Source: Podarcis liolepis | Lineage: Eukaryota | NCBI GenBank assembly: GCA_965112155.1 | Contig: OZ218098.1 | Reading direction: 5' to 3' (one strand) | DNA: 64,000 nt | Shown: positions 50,901 to 64,000 of the stretch, piece after piece | Position numbering within the stretch: position 1 is the first letter of the stretch | How the letters are laid out: the number at the start of each line of letters is the position of its first letter | Notes under the pieces: model-generated | The model's database searches: none | What the model saw: the letters and a program-made list of their open reading frames with translations, nothing else | What the model was told of the DNA's origin: nothing | Position numbers and translations under genes: made by a program

Positions 50901-53900
50901 GGAGAAGGAGAGTTCTCCCGTTTTGAAGAAGCCAGGTTTCATTTTGCTACTTGAATTAACAATTTAGGATGTAAATGTGTTGTAAGAATTCGTAGAGTGG
51001 GACTGGTATTTGTGTAAATATGGTGGACAATCATTTGTGTAAATGCTGAAAAACAGCTCCATGTTATAGGGACATGGTCACTAACATAGTTACCATTCAG
51101 TCAAGATTTCTAGCAAATGGGTGAAGAACTTGAAAAGATCAGAATAGACTTGTGGCAGAATAAACTTGCAAGCATTTTAAGTAGGTGTAAAGTTGAAATG
51201 GAAAGTGTAGATACTGTGATATTGTGTTTTGTCAGCTTATTAGAGGCTACCTAAATGTTTAAGCGAGGACCTAAAAAAAAAATTATCCATTTCTCTAGAA
51301 TAAGCAGCTCCAGTCCACAGATTCCTTTTTAATATACATATTTGCTGTCAAAGAGAGTATCAAGGAAGTGCTTCCTCAGACCACCCATAAAAGGGGATAA
51401 TGGGTGTGGTGAAATGTTGCAGACATTCCCTCTCTGCTGCTGAGCAAACTGCCCTGTTGGGGTTATTTGCAGTCCAGCATGTCTTTCATAAATGGGAGCA
51501 CTTGTGGAAAGTTAACTAAAGGAGGAACAGTGTATGATCATGCAGTTAAAGGCTTCTTTTTTATTTTTTTGTACTTTTTTATTTTCAGCACTCTTGTTGT
51601 TTTACGTACCCATTTAATATATGTCTTTCATGCTGTCCCTAAACATTGGTGACCTGGAAATGAGTACATTGTACTGATATCAATGACAATTATCTAATGG
51701 TTTGAGAGTAGGGGGAAACATAGCTAATGTTGATTCCCAGCTAGCTCTGTCCATTTCGAACTAGCTATGTGCATATGCCTGTTTTGGGTGAGGTTCATAT
51801 TTACACCGGCATTTTACACGCCAAACCCTGATAACAGTAGTGTATGCACATGAACAAGATTCCTATTTACTAGAAGCTAGTGTGTGTACCCTTTTCCCCT
51901 CAACAGCTCCACGCTGACACTGTAGTTTGGTTTTCTTATTGCTCACTTATTCATGCATAGAGCCTGTGGGTGCATTCAGACATGAGGATTATTGCGTTAG
52001 TTTTCCTGGTTATAATGCTAGTGCTTCTGTCCCAGTTTCTAACATTCAGCACCTCCACATGACACTAAATTCCATTCATTGCAGAAGGTGTGGTGTGACA
52101 CAACAGCTCACATTATCCAACATGTTTCCATCCCTCACCTTTTATGTGCGTGTGAGCTTCTGTTCCCCCATGCTCCCCCTACGAAATTTTATGCTGGAAC
52201 ACCATCCCAAATCTTATCTCACAATTTTCCAGGTTAATTGGTTAGCCAGCTGATTTTTTTCTGGAAGCCATTAACATGGAATTGTTAGCATTAAACTTCC
52301 ACTAGAGTCCACTAGATTTACAGAAGGGGCTTTTATATTGTGTGAAAGATTGAAAATTATCAGGTAAGGAAACATTGGGGAAACAGAGTAAAGTGCTGTC
52401 TGAACACACCCTGCCTTACCTCTAGCCCATTAAATAATATTTAGGATTTGGCCACTGCTTATATAAGGCACAAAAATAAAATATTGTTTTGGAAATATAT
52501 ATTTAACTTACTTTCCTCTTTCATTTTCTTCATTTTGATGCTTGCTTATAAAGTCCTTAAGGCAAGCAGGGCACTTAATAAATAACTTCAGGCATATATT
52601 CCCCGGTTAAGGAATGAGTTACTCTGGCAAATCATTTACATCTGCTAAAACAGGGATACTATTGATAGAAAGTGACAGGTGAAAACACCAGGAAAGGTAA
52701 TTTACAATATATATTATTTGCATGCTCTACACTACAAATTTGATCAAAGTGCTAACAATATTAACTTTGTAGTGACACACTGTTGCCTTAATCTTTTATC
52801 AAACAATTTTATAATTCTGTAACAGTTACTGTAACAGTAACAGATACCGTTATTAAACATTTCCGTAAATCTCTCTTAAGACGCTAAAGAGAAGCTATTG
52901 TTTATTTGAAGATTCAAGGTTATCCCGAGAATATTATCGCAGGCCATGCAACTTTGTGTGAAAGCTTGGCTGATGAAAAGAATGGTTCAGATCATGCATT
53001 GAACCAATTTTTAACAAAGGTTTTACTCAGTGATCCCTTCTGGGGTTTGGGTTTTGGAACCTCTCTACTGTTTGAAGCATTTACAAGGTTTCTAGATGGG
53101 TGAGAAAACAAGCTGTGGGTCTAGCTTTAATTAAAGATTATTTCATTGAAGAGTGACTCAGTGATCTCTTAGGGTAGGCTGCGAGGTGTGGAGCTAGGGA
53201 AAGGGAGAAGAAAGGAGAGGCAACTAGGCTAACAAGCCGTTCTAATTGTACATTCTAATTGAACATTCGTATAAGTTTGGTAGGATTCATTAGCACTTGC
53301 TTCAGGTCAGAGACGTTCACTGCTTTGTATGCTTCAGAGATACCGTGACTCCGAGGAGGTTTTCATATCAAAAGGGTCTCTTTCAGGCCACACAGAATCT
53401 AATAATAACTCATATGGCAAGAAGTGGCAGTGCATCCAGGATTCTGCCTTCAGATCCCAGGGAGATGGACAATATTCTCATGACGTTGGCTTTTTGTTTC
53501 CCTCCTGTCTGTAAGATGCATGTTCTTGTTACGATCGTTTTAGAAATAACGGATGTGATTGTTTCATTGTTACTTGTGCCTCAGTAAGAGCAAGTATAGC
53601 ATAGTGGTTATGGTACTAAAATGAAAGTACTAGGAAGTATCTAGTTCAATCCTTATCTCTGTTAATGAGCTCACTAGGTAGCACTAGTCTGTAAGCATAT
53701 ATACACCTACCTTCAAGGAAATCTTATTGAACTCAGTGGAGCTTATTCCTGAGTAGACATATATGCTATCATACCTCTAGTACTATGGAAATACTTAAAT
53801 ATGATAGGTTTTATGATCCATTACAGTGATGTATTACAATCAAAATAGCCTCAACAATTAAAAGGTCTGCCCTTAAAACCAGCAGCCCTAATATTACTTG

Positions 53901-54913
53901 ACAAGTAAACATGATAGATATAGAGAAAAAGCATGTATATTTTACATATTACAAATAATATTTCCCCATGGGGCGGGGAGAGATTTGAGGAATTTATTCA
54001 GCATAGTGGACCACTGGAGACGCTATTCAAACAGTATACAATGGGGAAGACATTTTTTGTAATATATAAAATAAACAAGCTTTTTCCTCTTCCACACACC
54101 AACATACAACCAGAGCATTGGTAAAGTACTAGCGCATAATAATCCAAACTCTTTGAGTCTAAGGAAGATTATTTCCTATCCGAAGCACCCTCTTAAAAAG
54201 AATCCTACCCAACCTTCCATTGGGGGAAAAGGGGGGGGGTCACAATCCTGTATTCTGCATTCTGTGGAAACAGAATTCTGAAATTTGACCTATAAAGGCA
54301 AGTTCTTCTATTCTTTCCTAGATGTGGCACAGGGCTTTTTAGCTTGTTTTCCAGTGTCTTATGAACGGGCCATTTATTTCATGGCAGATTATTAAAGGGA
54401 GCCGATCAGAGGGTGAATAATATGTAACTAGGCTAGCACCACCCCCTAAGCGAGCACATGATATTCACTGTCCTAAGCTTTAAAGAATACAGCTTGGACA
54501 GATAGTAGATCCTGGAATGGAATCCATTCTCAAATTTTACTTTTATGCTTATCATTCTTCTATATAATATGGGCTTTTTCACATACTCCCCCATGAGTTA
54601 CTATGACGACTGCCAGAACATAAAATAACAGCTTCCAGACAATATGGGCACTGCCTTACAAAGTGTTTCTGGCTCATAAGAGCTGAAGTGATTGAAGTGC
54701 TAAATTATTCATTGTTGTTCAAAGAGATTACCCACAGATTAATGAACTTTGAAAATTCTGGACTAGAATAGACACCACAGAGAAGCACAGAGAAAATTTC
54801 CAAAAATGGTGGTAATCAAATAAAAATGTGTGCAGTAGATGTATTTGCTGTGTTAGCGATGTTGCTACATGCTGAGTCTGGAGGTGTTGATGTACAAACC
54901 CACTATAATAGCT

Positions 54914-54939
54914 GTGTGTGTGTGTGTGTGTGTGTGTGT
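54914..54939. repeat. (TG)n microsatellite
   Basis: Direct reading. Confidence 0.95.
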
Positions 54940-56075
54940 ACATGTGTTTGTGTGTTTATATATTTTTATATAAAATGTGCTTATATGTGTACAGTGGAAA
55001 GCAATGCAGTGTGTAAAAGATTTCTTAATTATGCTCATTTTGAACATAATTAAACTGACAAATCCCTCCTTGATTCAGAGTTGTTCTCTTGGACATATTG
55101 TTCAGGGAATTTTGCTTTGTGAAGCAGGGGACATTCTCTGCTGAGGTTTGCTCTTCATGATAATTTTGACACAGAAGATAAGGAGATGCAGACAAAACTC
55201 TTCCTTACAAGTTGGGTCACTATCCATCATTTTGTTTTATGACTATACTGCAAGTTGTGAGAAGAGTGTGGAGAGACCAGACATACATACAAGTTGTTCA
55301 AATAGTTCCAGAGTTCTAGAAGTCACTCCAAGGAATTGAACACACTTCAATACAGGTTTGATTATTGATGCTATCCTTAGTTCTGGTGCTGTATAATTAT
55401 TTGGAGACAATAATGTGCATATGGTGATTAAAAGAGGTGTATTATTTAGTGACCATCAGAAGAAATCTGCACTGGTCATGGGGTCAGCAGAGATAGTGCT
55501 TCCTCATCAATGAACCATAATAGACAACTGAGAAAGTATATCTATTAAGGTGTTATACAAAGCTGCCAAAGTTGCATCTGCCTTATATATATATTAAATC
55601 AACTTTCTGTTACCAAATTAGAAGCAACATGTATAGAAGGGGGGGGACATGATTTATTAAAAGTATGATGTGCTGGAAACAAGATGCAGAGCATTAAGGA
55701 TATGTATGTGCTGATGCTACCTGTTGGAAATCTGGTTCCAATTGACCTACCCAGCCATACAACAAATGATTTGTATTGACTTTCATCATCAGAATAAAAA
55801 ATAACATGTATTTACTAATAATAGAAGTTGCCAAGTCTTACCTTCTATTGTTGGTTGCTAGTAAAGTAAAGTTACTGCTGTTTATTTTGAGGAGGAAAGA
55901 GTTTGGTTGTTCCTGAATTATTTTGCTGGCCTAATCACTCATTTATATTTTGTGACTGAGTGTTTTGTTTTTAGTCTTAGAAATTCAAAGAATAATAATT
56001 GAATTAGTTGTATGCAGCTGAATGCTTGACAACAGCACTGTGTAGAAGTTTAGAAGAATATTCTAAATAGACATA

Positions 56076-56596
56076 CAGTGGTACCTTGATTCTCAAATGC
56101 CTTGGTACTCAAACAACTTGGAACCCAAACACTGCAAACCCGGAAGTAAGTGTTCCAGTTTGCGAACTTTTTCGGAAGCCAAACGTGCTCATTTTTGAGT
56201 GCCACGCTTCCATTTTGAGTGCCACACTTCCATTTTGAGTGTTACACTGACGTCTGCCTGTTTTTGCTTTTTATTTTGCGTTTTTGTTTTTGTGGCTCTT
56301 TTTTGTTTTGTTTTTGTGACTGTGTGGAACCCAGTTCAGCTACTGATTGATTGATTGATTGATTGTGTGACTGCAGTACATTGTTTATTGCTTTCATTTT
56401 ATGGATCAATGGTCTCGTAAAGATGGTCTAGTAAAATTCATGTTAAATTGCTGTTTTATGGGTTGTTTTTAAAGTCTGGAACGGGTTAATCCATTTTGAA
56501 TTACTTTCTCTGGGAAAGTGCGCCTTGGTTTTGGAACATTTTAGTTTTGGAACGGACTTCTGGAACAGATAAAGTTTGAGAACCAAGGTACCACTG
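56076..56596. mobile_element. Tc1/mariner (Tigger-like) MITE
   Basis: 22-bp TIR CAGTGGTACCTTG(A/G)TTCTCAAA with one mismatch; TA on both sides; internal 20-bp tandem ttccattttgagtgccac and (GATT)n. Confidence 0.9.
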
Positions 56597-56844
56597 TACT
56601 AAAATGCAGAGCTCTTTTACTATATATGGGATCAAGTTTCATTCTTTCTGTCCCTTCCCAGCTTCTTGCACTTGGCCTCAACTTCCTGGAGCCTGCCACA
56701 CCCCCAGTAAAAATATTTCAGAGGGCAGGGCTTCAAAGATCAATGTGGAATTTTTGAACAAGGCTTGCACTGATCGATTCCAGAATGAGGAGCCCTCGCA
56801 TGGCAAGAGTCGTATCATTGCCAGACACTCCAGTGTGTACTATA

Positions 56845-57088
56845 CAGTGGTACCTCTGGATACGAATGGGATCCGTTCCGGAGCCCCGTTCACACCCTGA
56901 AGCAAACGCAACCCGCATCTGCGGGTCATGATTCGCCATTTCCGCGCATGCACGTGACATCATTTTGACCATCTGCGCATGCGCGAGTGGTGAAACCTGG
57001 AAGTAACGCGTTCTGTTACTTCCGGGTCACCGCAGAGCACAACCGGAAAGCGCTCAACCTGAAGCAACTTTAACCTGAGGTATGACTG
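56845..57088. mobile_element. Tc1/mariner-type MITE, CpG-rich
   Basis: TA|CAGTGGTACCTC ... GAGGTATGACTG|TA. Confidence 0.8.
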
Positions 57089-59005
57089 TACTGTTCTACT
57101 TAGTGGTGTCTACAGGCTCAGTCCCATTTCCTTAACCTTGAAAGGTTATCTTATGGCATCAAGCTAATAATTGTCTTTAGCATCTGTTCACACACAAAAA
57201 TAAGAAAAGAAGGGATGTACAGTATATGCATTGTCAACTGGGATAACTTTTCTACCCCACCTGCAGACCAGTAATGTGTTAAAAGAACTACAAGTGCTAT
57301 GGGAATTTCTTCCGCACCTGGAGCCCTGCTTCTAGCATTCTTTTGTTAGACGATTGCAACTGTGATGGGATGGAATATGAAAGCTACTCAAATTCCTGCT
57401 GTTCCACTGCAACTTATCATCCATGACTATAGAACATAAATTACTTTACCTTGAAACACCCCGATACGTATGGAAAGCTGTGTCATTCCATAATCCATGT
57501 GAAATCTCCTCCCAATCATGCAAAGTTTAGACATCTGCTAGTTATTATGAGCTTTGTCTGCTAGAGATGATAATTCATAGCCATCAGTGTGTTTGTGTGT
57601 GGGTAGAAGTGGAGGGATATACTTCAAAGTGTTAATAGAATTGTGTGCTTACAAGGTTTGTCGTATCCTGTGTTACTGATTTCCTTTGTTAATGCAGATA
57701 TAGCCAACAACTTTTGAAACTACATTGTGTTATGGGTCATAAAGGTGTGGTCACAGTAGAACCAGAACAGAAAGCTGTGGGAAGAGCTCAACAAATAGCT
57801 TTGTTTTACTTTTCCCAAGCACATGAAGACATAAGTTAAATTTCAGCTATGCATTCATCCAACCTAATAGGTGGGTGTTACCCATGAAAATGTTGGAAAA
57901 GAGAGGTAGTCTTGAGGCATCGTCAGATCAGCTTTCAAATTTGTCATGGAAACATCTTGTCAACCCAGTAACAATGACGTCAAGTTGATAAGACAAGTGT
58001 TAGTTTGTTCAGAACACACCTGTTCAACAGCAGGAGGGCAAGGTACAGTGGGTTTCACATTTTTGGTGCACTGCTATGATTGTGTCTCGGGGATCAGTTT
58101 TGTTTCTCTCCATTGTGGCTTGGATCACTGTACTGAGATAAAAAAGTAGTTCATAGAAGACTTTGATGGGGGAAATCTTCTGCAAAATTATTTATCTTCT
58201 CTTTTGAAGTTAGTGATATTAATATATGCAGGCTGCAGTGAATTTTCCTTCTGCTTTATTTTTACCCTCTTTGCATGTGAGCAAAAGCTTTTAATTTCTG
58301 TAGCCAATGCAAGCTTATAGCAGATGTTAGCAGATGGTCATTGCAGCAGGGTCATAATAATTCCATCAGAACTGCAACTTGATAAGAATGATTTTTTTCT
58401 TCATATTATTTGTTTTGTGTTTTATATTTTTATCTAATACAGTAGTCAACTTACATAGATTTAATAATGAGTAAAAAGTTGTCTCTGAAGGTACAAGGAG
58501 TTGATGTGGGGTGGGTTTTTTGCATAATTTGCACAAATAATGGAAAAGTAGCTTGGTCATATTAGTATATAATAATAGCTTTTAATACTACATGTTATAA
58601 TGTAGTAGGTAAACTGCATGAGTAGAAATGAGAGATTACTATAATACAGTGTACATGAGATGGGAAAAGGTATGCCTCTTGATGATACAAAGCATGAATG
58701 GATATAAGATTTGGAAAGAGAAGTGTTGAAAGGTACTGAAATTAATTTAGCCTGAGAGCTAAATTAAGACAGCAGGTGTCAGATGGCATTACTATTAATG
58801 GGTCAACACCAAGTGGAAGCAGTACCAACCAGGACTCTCCTTGGTCAGTAACTAGAATGGTATCATACTGCTATTGATGATTTACCAAATATCAGGAAAT
58901 GGTCAGCCATAAGGTAGGTGGTAATTATCTACTAGCTTAGCAAGTGGTGACTGTTTTTTCATATGTAATACTGTGTGGATATTGTCATTGTGTGGTTTAG
59001 TCACT

Positions 59006-59380
59006 GCACAATGTGGGTGGCAATGTGGTGTAAACCACTGAGCCTAGGGCTTGCCAATCAGAAGGTCGGCAGTTTGAATCCCTGCGATGGGGTGAGCTCC
59101 TGTTGTTCAGTCTCTGCTCCTGCCAACCTAGCAGTTCAAAAGCACATCAAAGTGCAAGTAGATAAATAGGTACTGATCTGGCGAGAAGGGAAACGGCGTT
59201 TCCGTGTGCTGCTCTGGTTTCGCCAGAAGCGGCTTAGTCATGCTGGCCACATGACCCGGAAAAACTGTCTGCAGACAGACGTCGGTTCCCTCAGACAGTA
59301 AAGCGAGATGAGCGTGGCAACCCCAGAGTCATTTGCAACTGGACTTAACTGTCAGGAGTCCTTTACCTTTACATTTTTTA
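59006..59380 (+). mobile_element. Sauria SINE, full length, 11-bp TSD
   Basis: Same family as 37788-38130; CCTTTACCTTTAC tail; TSD GTTTAGTCACT at 58995-59005 and 59381-59391. Confidence 0.92.
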
Positions 59381-60492
59381 GTTTAGTCACTAGGTGGCAC
59401 TATACTTAGCAGTAACTGGGTAGCCTCAGGAGTTACCTCTTGCTGTTCTTGTTGGAGAGAGAGATTAAAGTATGTGGCTGGTGTGTCCTATAAACCTCCC
59501 ATGACAGTAACTATCACTCACTAGTACTACACAGTTATATTTAAAATGTATCTGCTATTGCTAACAAAAAGTTATTAAGACAGTTAAGTCTATTGCATTG
59601 ATAATATGAATACATTTAAAAATAGTGGTGTGAATGTTTGGATTTCTGAAGAAATCCAAGAAAGGCAATGGTGACACACACACACTGTGTAGTCAGGGAA
59701 AGCAAAATCATGGGGTGTGTTAGCAAAATAGTCAGTTGTTCAAATTTCACAGGTGTTGTCTGTCTTTGAGAAAGAGACCTTTATTTTGTCAAAGATAAAA
59801 AACCTTCATTTGCATATAAAAGCTGATGGTCATTGTATAGAAATTTGGGGGGTCCTGGTTTATCCTTGATTTGTCAAGGATCTGGGAATCTATTCACATC
59901 CTTTGCTGACCCTGTAGTGACTTTCCACCATGCTTTCTTTGATAAAGGCATTATAACTCATCCCCTAGTGTATTACCTAGAAATAACTTCCAGTAAAATC
60001 AGTGGGATGTACTTCCACTTAATGTGCTTAGCATTTATAGAAATTGAGGTTATAGTCCTATACATACTTGCTTTCGAGCTGAACTCAATGTGACTTACTT
60101 CTGAACAGACATGCATAGGACTGCAATGTGAATAGTGCTGAAGGATAGAGAGGGAAACCAGTTTATTTCAAATGAACATTTTAGAAGTGATAGCTGAGAA
60201 CAGGCTAGGGAACCTGTGGCCCTCCAGATGTCTTTGGCTCCAGCTCATATCAGCCCCAACTAGCATGGATGATTGGGATGATTGAAGATTGTGGTGGTCA
60301 CAAGTTCCACATCCTTTGCCTAGAATAATGAAGTAATTATGTGCTAGTTTTGCTGTGCGCAATTTGAACGCGCCATTGTGAAACACTATTATTCAAGACC
60401 ATTATTAGGATAGGACTGCTGGCATACTGCTTTCGATTTGGGGGTGCAGAAAAATACTGGTAGGGTTCTCCCCCTCCTTGCCCTGGCGACTA

Positions 60493-60539
<47 letters not shown>
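60493..60539. repeat. (TAG)n microsatellite, possibly the tail of a short minus-strand LINE/SINE 3' end
   Basis: Direct reading; followed by atatcctgcctatctgactgggttgccccagccact. Confidence 0.9.
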
Positions 60540-63500
60540 ATATCCTGCCTATCTGACTGGGTTGCCCCAGCCACTAATTATTTTTTTCCAATTTACACAC
60601 CAAATTAATAAAATTAGAGTATATTGACGGGGATTCATGCTGTCCACAACTTTGCCTATTCATTAGCTTGCCTTTTCTATGAAGCTTTCCCCATTCCAAA
60701 TCAACTAAGGTGGGAGAGGAGAATGGGGTAATGGTTACTCAGCCACAAATGGAACAGATCAGGAAGAAGAGTCACGAAAACAAATGAAGTGTGGCATTGT
60801 GCCCCTGGTGTGCACATACTGTACTTTCAGTGAACAGAGTAGAAGTGAACAGGAAAAACGCGTTGTTCAAAATCCCTAGCCCAGAATGCTTCTTCCATTC
60901 TTCCATTATTATAGGATTTTTTGAAATGTTTTAAATCATGAGTTTCATAAGAATAAGTGCACACATAGAATGAGGTGTCTGCATTCAACACCTTCTAAAC
61001 AGTGAACATCAACAGGTGTATCCTTAACCTGAAATTATTTAGATTACTTTTCTGCAACACAACACCTGTGAGATTCCATTTAAATGGGGGGGTGCAACTG
61101 TTTGCCCTCAAAATTCCAGTATTGCTTCCCCCCCCCCCCAATAAAAAATAAGAAATCTCTGGTTGTGCTAAATCCCTCTGTATTTCTCCCCTGTCCCTGC
61201 ATATGTTTGTCAGTGAAGTCAGCTCAAGTCTTCTCTGTAGGATCAGTCCAGTGAACCATTAAGTTAAATTTATTCCAATCTTCCCTTGAGTCAAAGCTGA
61301 ATGTTGAATTTACAGTAACTGTGCCTGAAGACAGTAAATAAAAATGAAAAAAGCAACAGTAAGATTCTTAAATGGAGAGCAACCTAAAAAAAATGGCAAA
61401 GATTGAAAGAAGCCTCTCTAGAAAGGGGCAAAAGGGAGTGTGACTTCAAGAGCCATCTGGTTTATACATAGTTTGAATAATCCCTTCCAATTAAGATTAA
61501 AACCATTTTCATATAAAACATCTGTTCTCTGATTTCAGCATTTAGAAGAAGAAAACACCAGGGAATAATTTGAACCCATCCATCAGGATTTTATTTTATG
61601 CATTCAGAACTGATATTTGGTTTCTTAAGGTGATGCTGCCAAGTATGTTCAACAATGCTTATTATCTTAGCAGTATCAAACAAATAAGGTTTTTATTTCA
61701 ATGTATTTTTCACCTTGGTGGGGTGGGATATTTACAGCTATCATAGTGAACTGGGCTGCCAGTGGGGGAAAACCCTAATCCAATAACTTATTTTATATAC
61801 AGATGAATAGGAACAGAGGTTTATCACAGTGAAGCCCCATGCAAAACTGAACTATTCAGCAGGGCAAAGAGTGTTTTATTCTAAATCCAGACCACATTTT
61901 AAGATTACTAACCCAAGCATAATGTGGCAAATGTTTGATGAACGCACCACCATTATTGTCATATTTAGTTGGTCATTGAATTGAATTGCCTGACCCTGCT
62001 CTTTTTTTCTTTCTTTTGTAAGAAATTTGTGTGCTTGTTTACAAAAAAAGAGGAGGAAAGATTTTTTTTACCTACCGTACCTCTTCTTTCTGCTATCCAG
62101 CAAATGATAAAAGCCTTGTTAGTGTTTCTGCTTTGCATTCACAAAAATGTGCCATGGAAATTTACATACCTATTTGTCTGGCAGCAAAACATTATACTGC
62201 AAGGTAATGATTCACCCAGGGTTAGGCTGCTAGGGAACAACCCGAAGTTCCTTGGGAGGGTGACTGAGGGGCTTCTGCAGACTTTCTGCTTCACCAACAG
62301 AAACTGAGTGAAGAAGGTAATTGCTGGAGACTTCCATGGTGCAGCAGTAAAAAGTTCTGCGGCCTGTGGTGCTCTAACAATAGTAGGAAAACAAAAAGGG
62401 CATTTCAGGGGTGAATCAGAGACCTTTGATCCACTGGATCAAAATTCCTCCTGTTCCCCTGACATACCCCCAAGAAGGGAGAAATGCTATGCTGGCAGAT
62501 TTATTTTCTCATGCACTGGAACCAAAGGAGGGGATTTTAAGAATAAAACAGAGATGAAAAGGGTGGAAAAGATACCACATCATTGACGGGCCCAGCAGTG
62601 CTTTGCCTACTGTCAGGCCCGAGTCAGGTCTGGGCAGGCAGCAACCGGATCTCTGACAGCTCCAATGGGGCTGTGTTGGCTGAAGTGTTCTCCTCTGCAG
62701 GCAGCTACAGGAGATGTCATTTCTGCTGGGAGCTAGAGCTAACTGAAGCCTTATACAGGCTGACAAGACATGGAGTATGGTAGTTCCTTGGAGCAGCTGG
62801 CTGGCTGTTTAAAGGCTCTTCACTATTTTGTAGTCTTTTGACTTCTATGAGGTTGGGACACAGGTTCTTCTAGGGACTCATCCTCTGAGTCAGAGCTCTG
62901 TCTTCCAGATAGGAAGGCCCTCAATAAGGCACTTGTAGTTCTCCCAAGGAAGCAGTCTGAACATCTTCCTCAGCAGAGCCCTCCATGGTGTACTGCAAGG
63001 TCATAGGTCATGACAGGCTTAGAAAGTGGTACTTCCTCTGTTATGGAATCTCCCCTCCCCCTCTAACATTACTCTGTCCATAGTCTTAATTAGGAGCAGT
63101 GACTAAGTGATTAAGGGCCAGCTGAGACAATCTGGAAATGCTATGTGCCGAATAAGGCAGTGGGGACCCACCTGTAAGTCTATTACTACATGAGTGTCGT
63201 GGCTGTTCACCAGTAATGCCATGTTTTGCTAATTAATCAGTTAAAAACTTTTGACAAATTGAAAAGGTGCTTCCAATTAATCAGGGAGCAGATTTTAATT
63301 CTTTCAACAATTATTTTATGTGATATGTTTAAAAATCCATAAGTGCCTTCTTAGAAGAACAAATTTGTTGCCTGATGCAACAATTTGTTGCCTGATGCAA
63401 CAAATGTGTACATAATCTAAAAACAAATAATCCAATTTTTTCTGTCTGACCTGCTACTTTAGATGCAAATATATGCAAATTAAAATTCATTAAAACTCAG

Positions 63501-64000
63501 TTGATCAACTATGATTTATGTATTCAAATGACAGGCCTCGTACATATGAACTGTTACTGAGGTACCAGCTTACCCTCATCCAGAGTATAGCCACCAGTGC
63601 AGGGTTGGAGAACCTTGGGCACAGGGACTGAATGTGGTCCTCAAGACCTCTCAGTCTGCTCCTCCATATTTGCTATTTACTTCAGTCTTAGTTAAGAACC
63701 TGAAGGTGGCACATTGCTTCGTTTTCCCCAGTATTTCACTGGTCACCTTCGCCATTCACCAATATTTTACTGAATTGTGTAAAGTTTGAATGCAACATAT
63801 GCATTTTCATTTATTGTTGCAATCTGAATGTAAAGCTATAGTATTTGAACATGAACTATTATTTGCTTCCTGCTAAAGGTTCTGAGGACTTTGCAAGAGA
63901 GGCTCACACAGACTTCCTTATCTTAGTCTGATGTTTACAGCAATATATGGCGTAAAAGAAGAAAAAGTAGCAAAGCATCATGCCATATGGATATCCCCAA

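Overview
Eukaryotic (vertebrate) genomic DNA, most likely a squamate and probably a lacertid lizard (inferred from Sauria SINE and Squam3-like SINEs, CR1 3' ends and TA-flanked MITEs). The window lies inside the Kalirin gene (KALRN, + strand). Eighteen GT-AG coding exons (10692-40626) splice in frame into 2226 nt / 742 codons. They cover the last spectrin-like repeats, the GEF1 DH and PH domains and the linker ending ...SRTSQNTVDSDK. I could not recognise the preceding exon, the Kalirin-7 terminal exon or the SH3 exon in the window. The introns hold many transposon remnants. Most notable: (i) a young, internally deleted Tf1/sushi-type Ty3/gypsy LTR element whose primer-binding site is an exact 11-nt complement of a site in its own LTR (self-priming architecture) and whose U3 is an open reading frame; (ii) a 27-nt alternative acceptor (SLFHATSLQ) behind a ~130-nt AG-free, YCAY-rich tract; (iii) a Penelope-like fragment with a minimal hammerhead ribozyme; (iv) inverted repeat pairs flanking phase-0/phase-0 exon blocks. 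Almost all ORFs in the supplied track are spurious.
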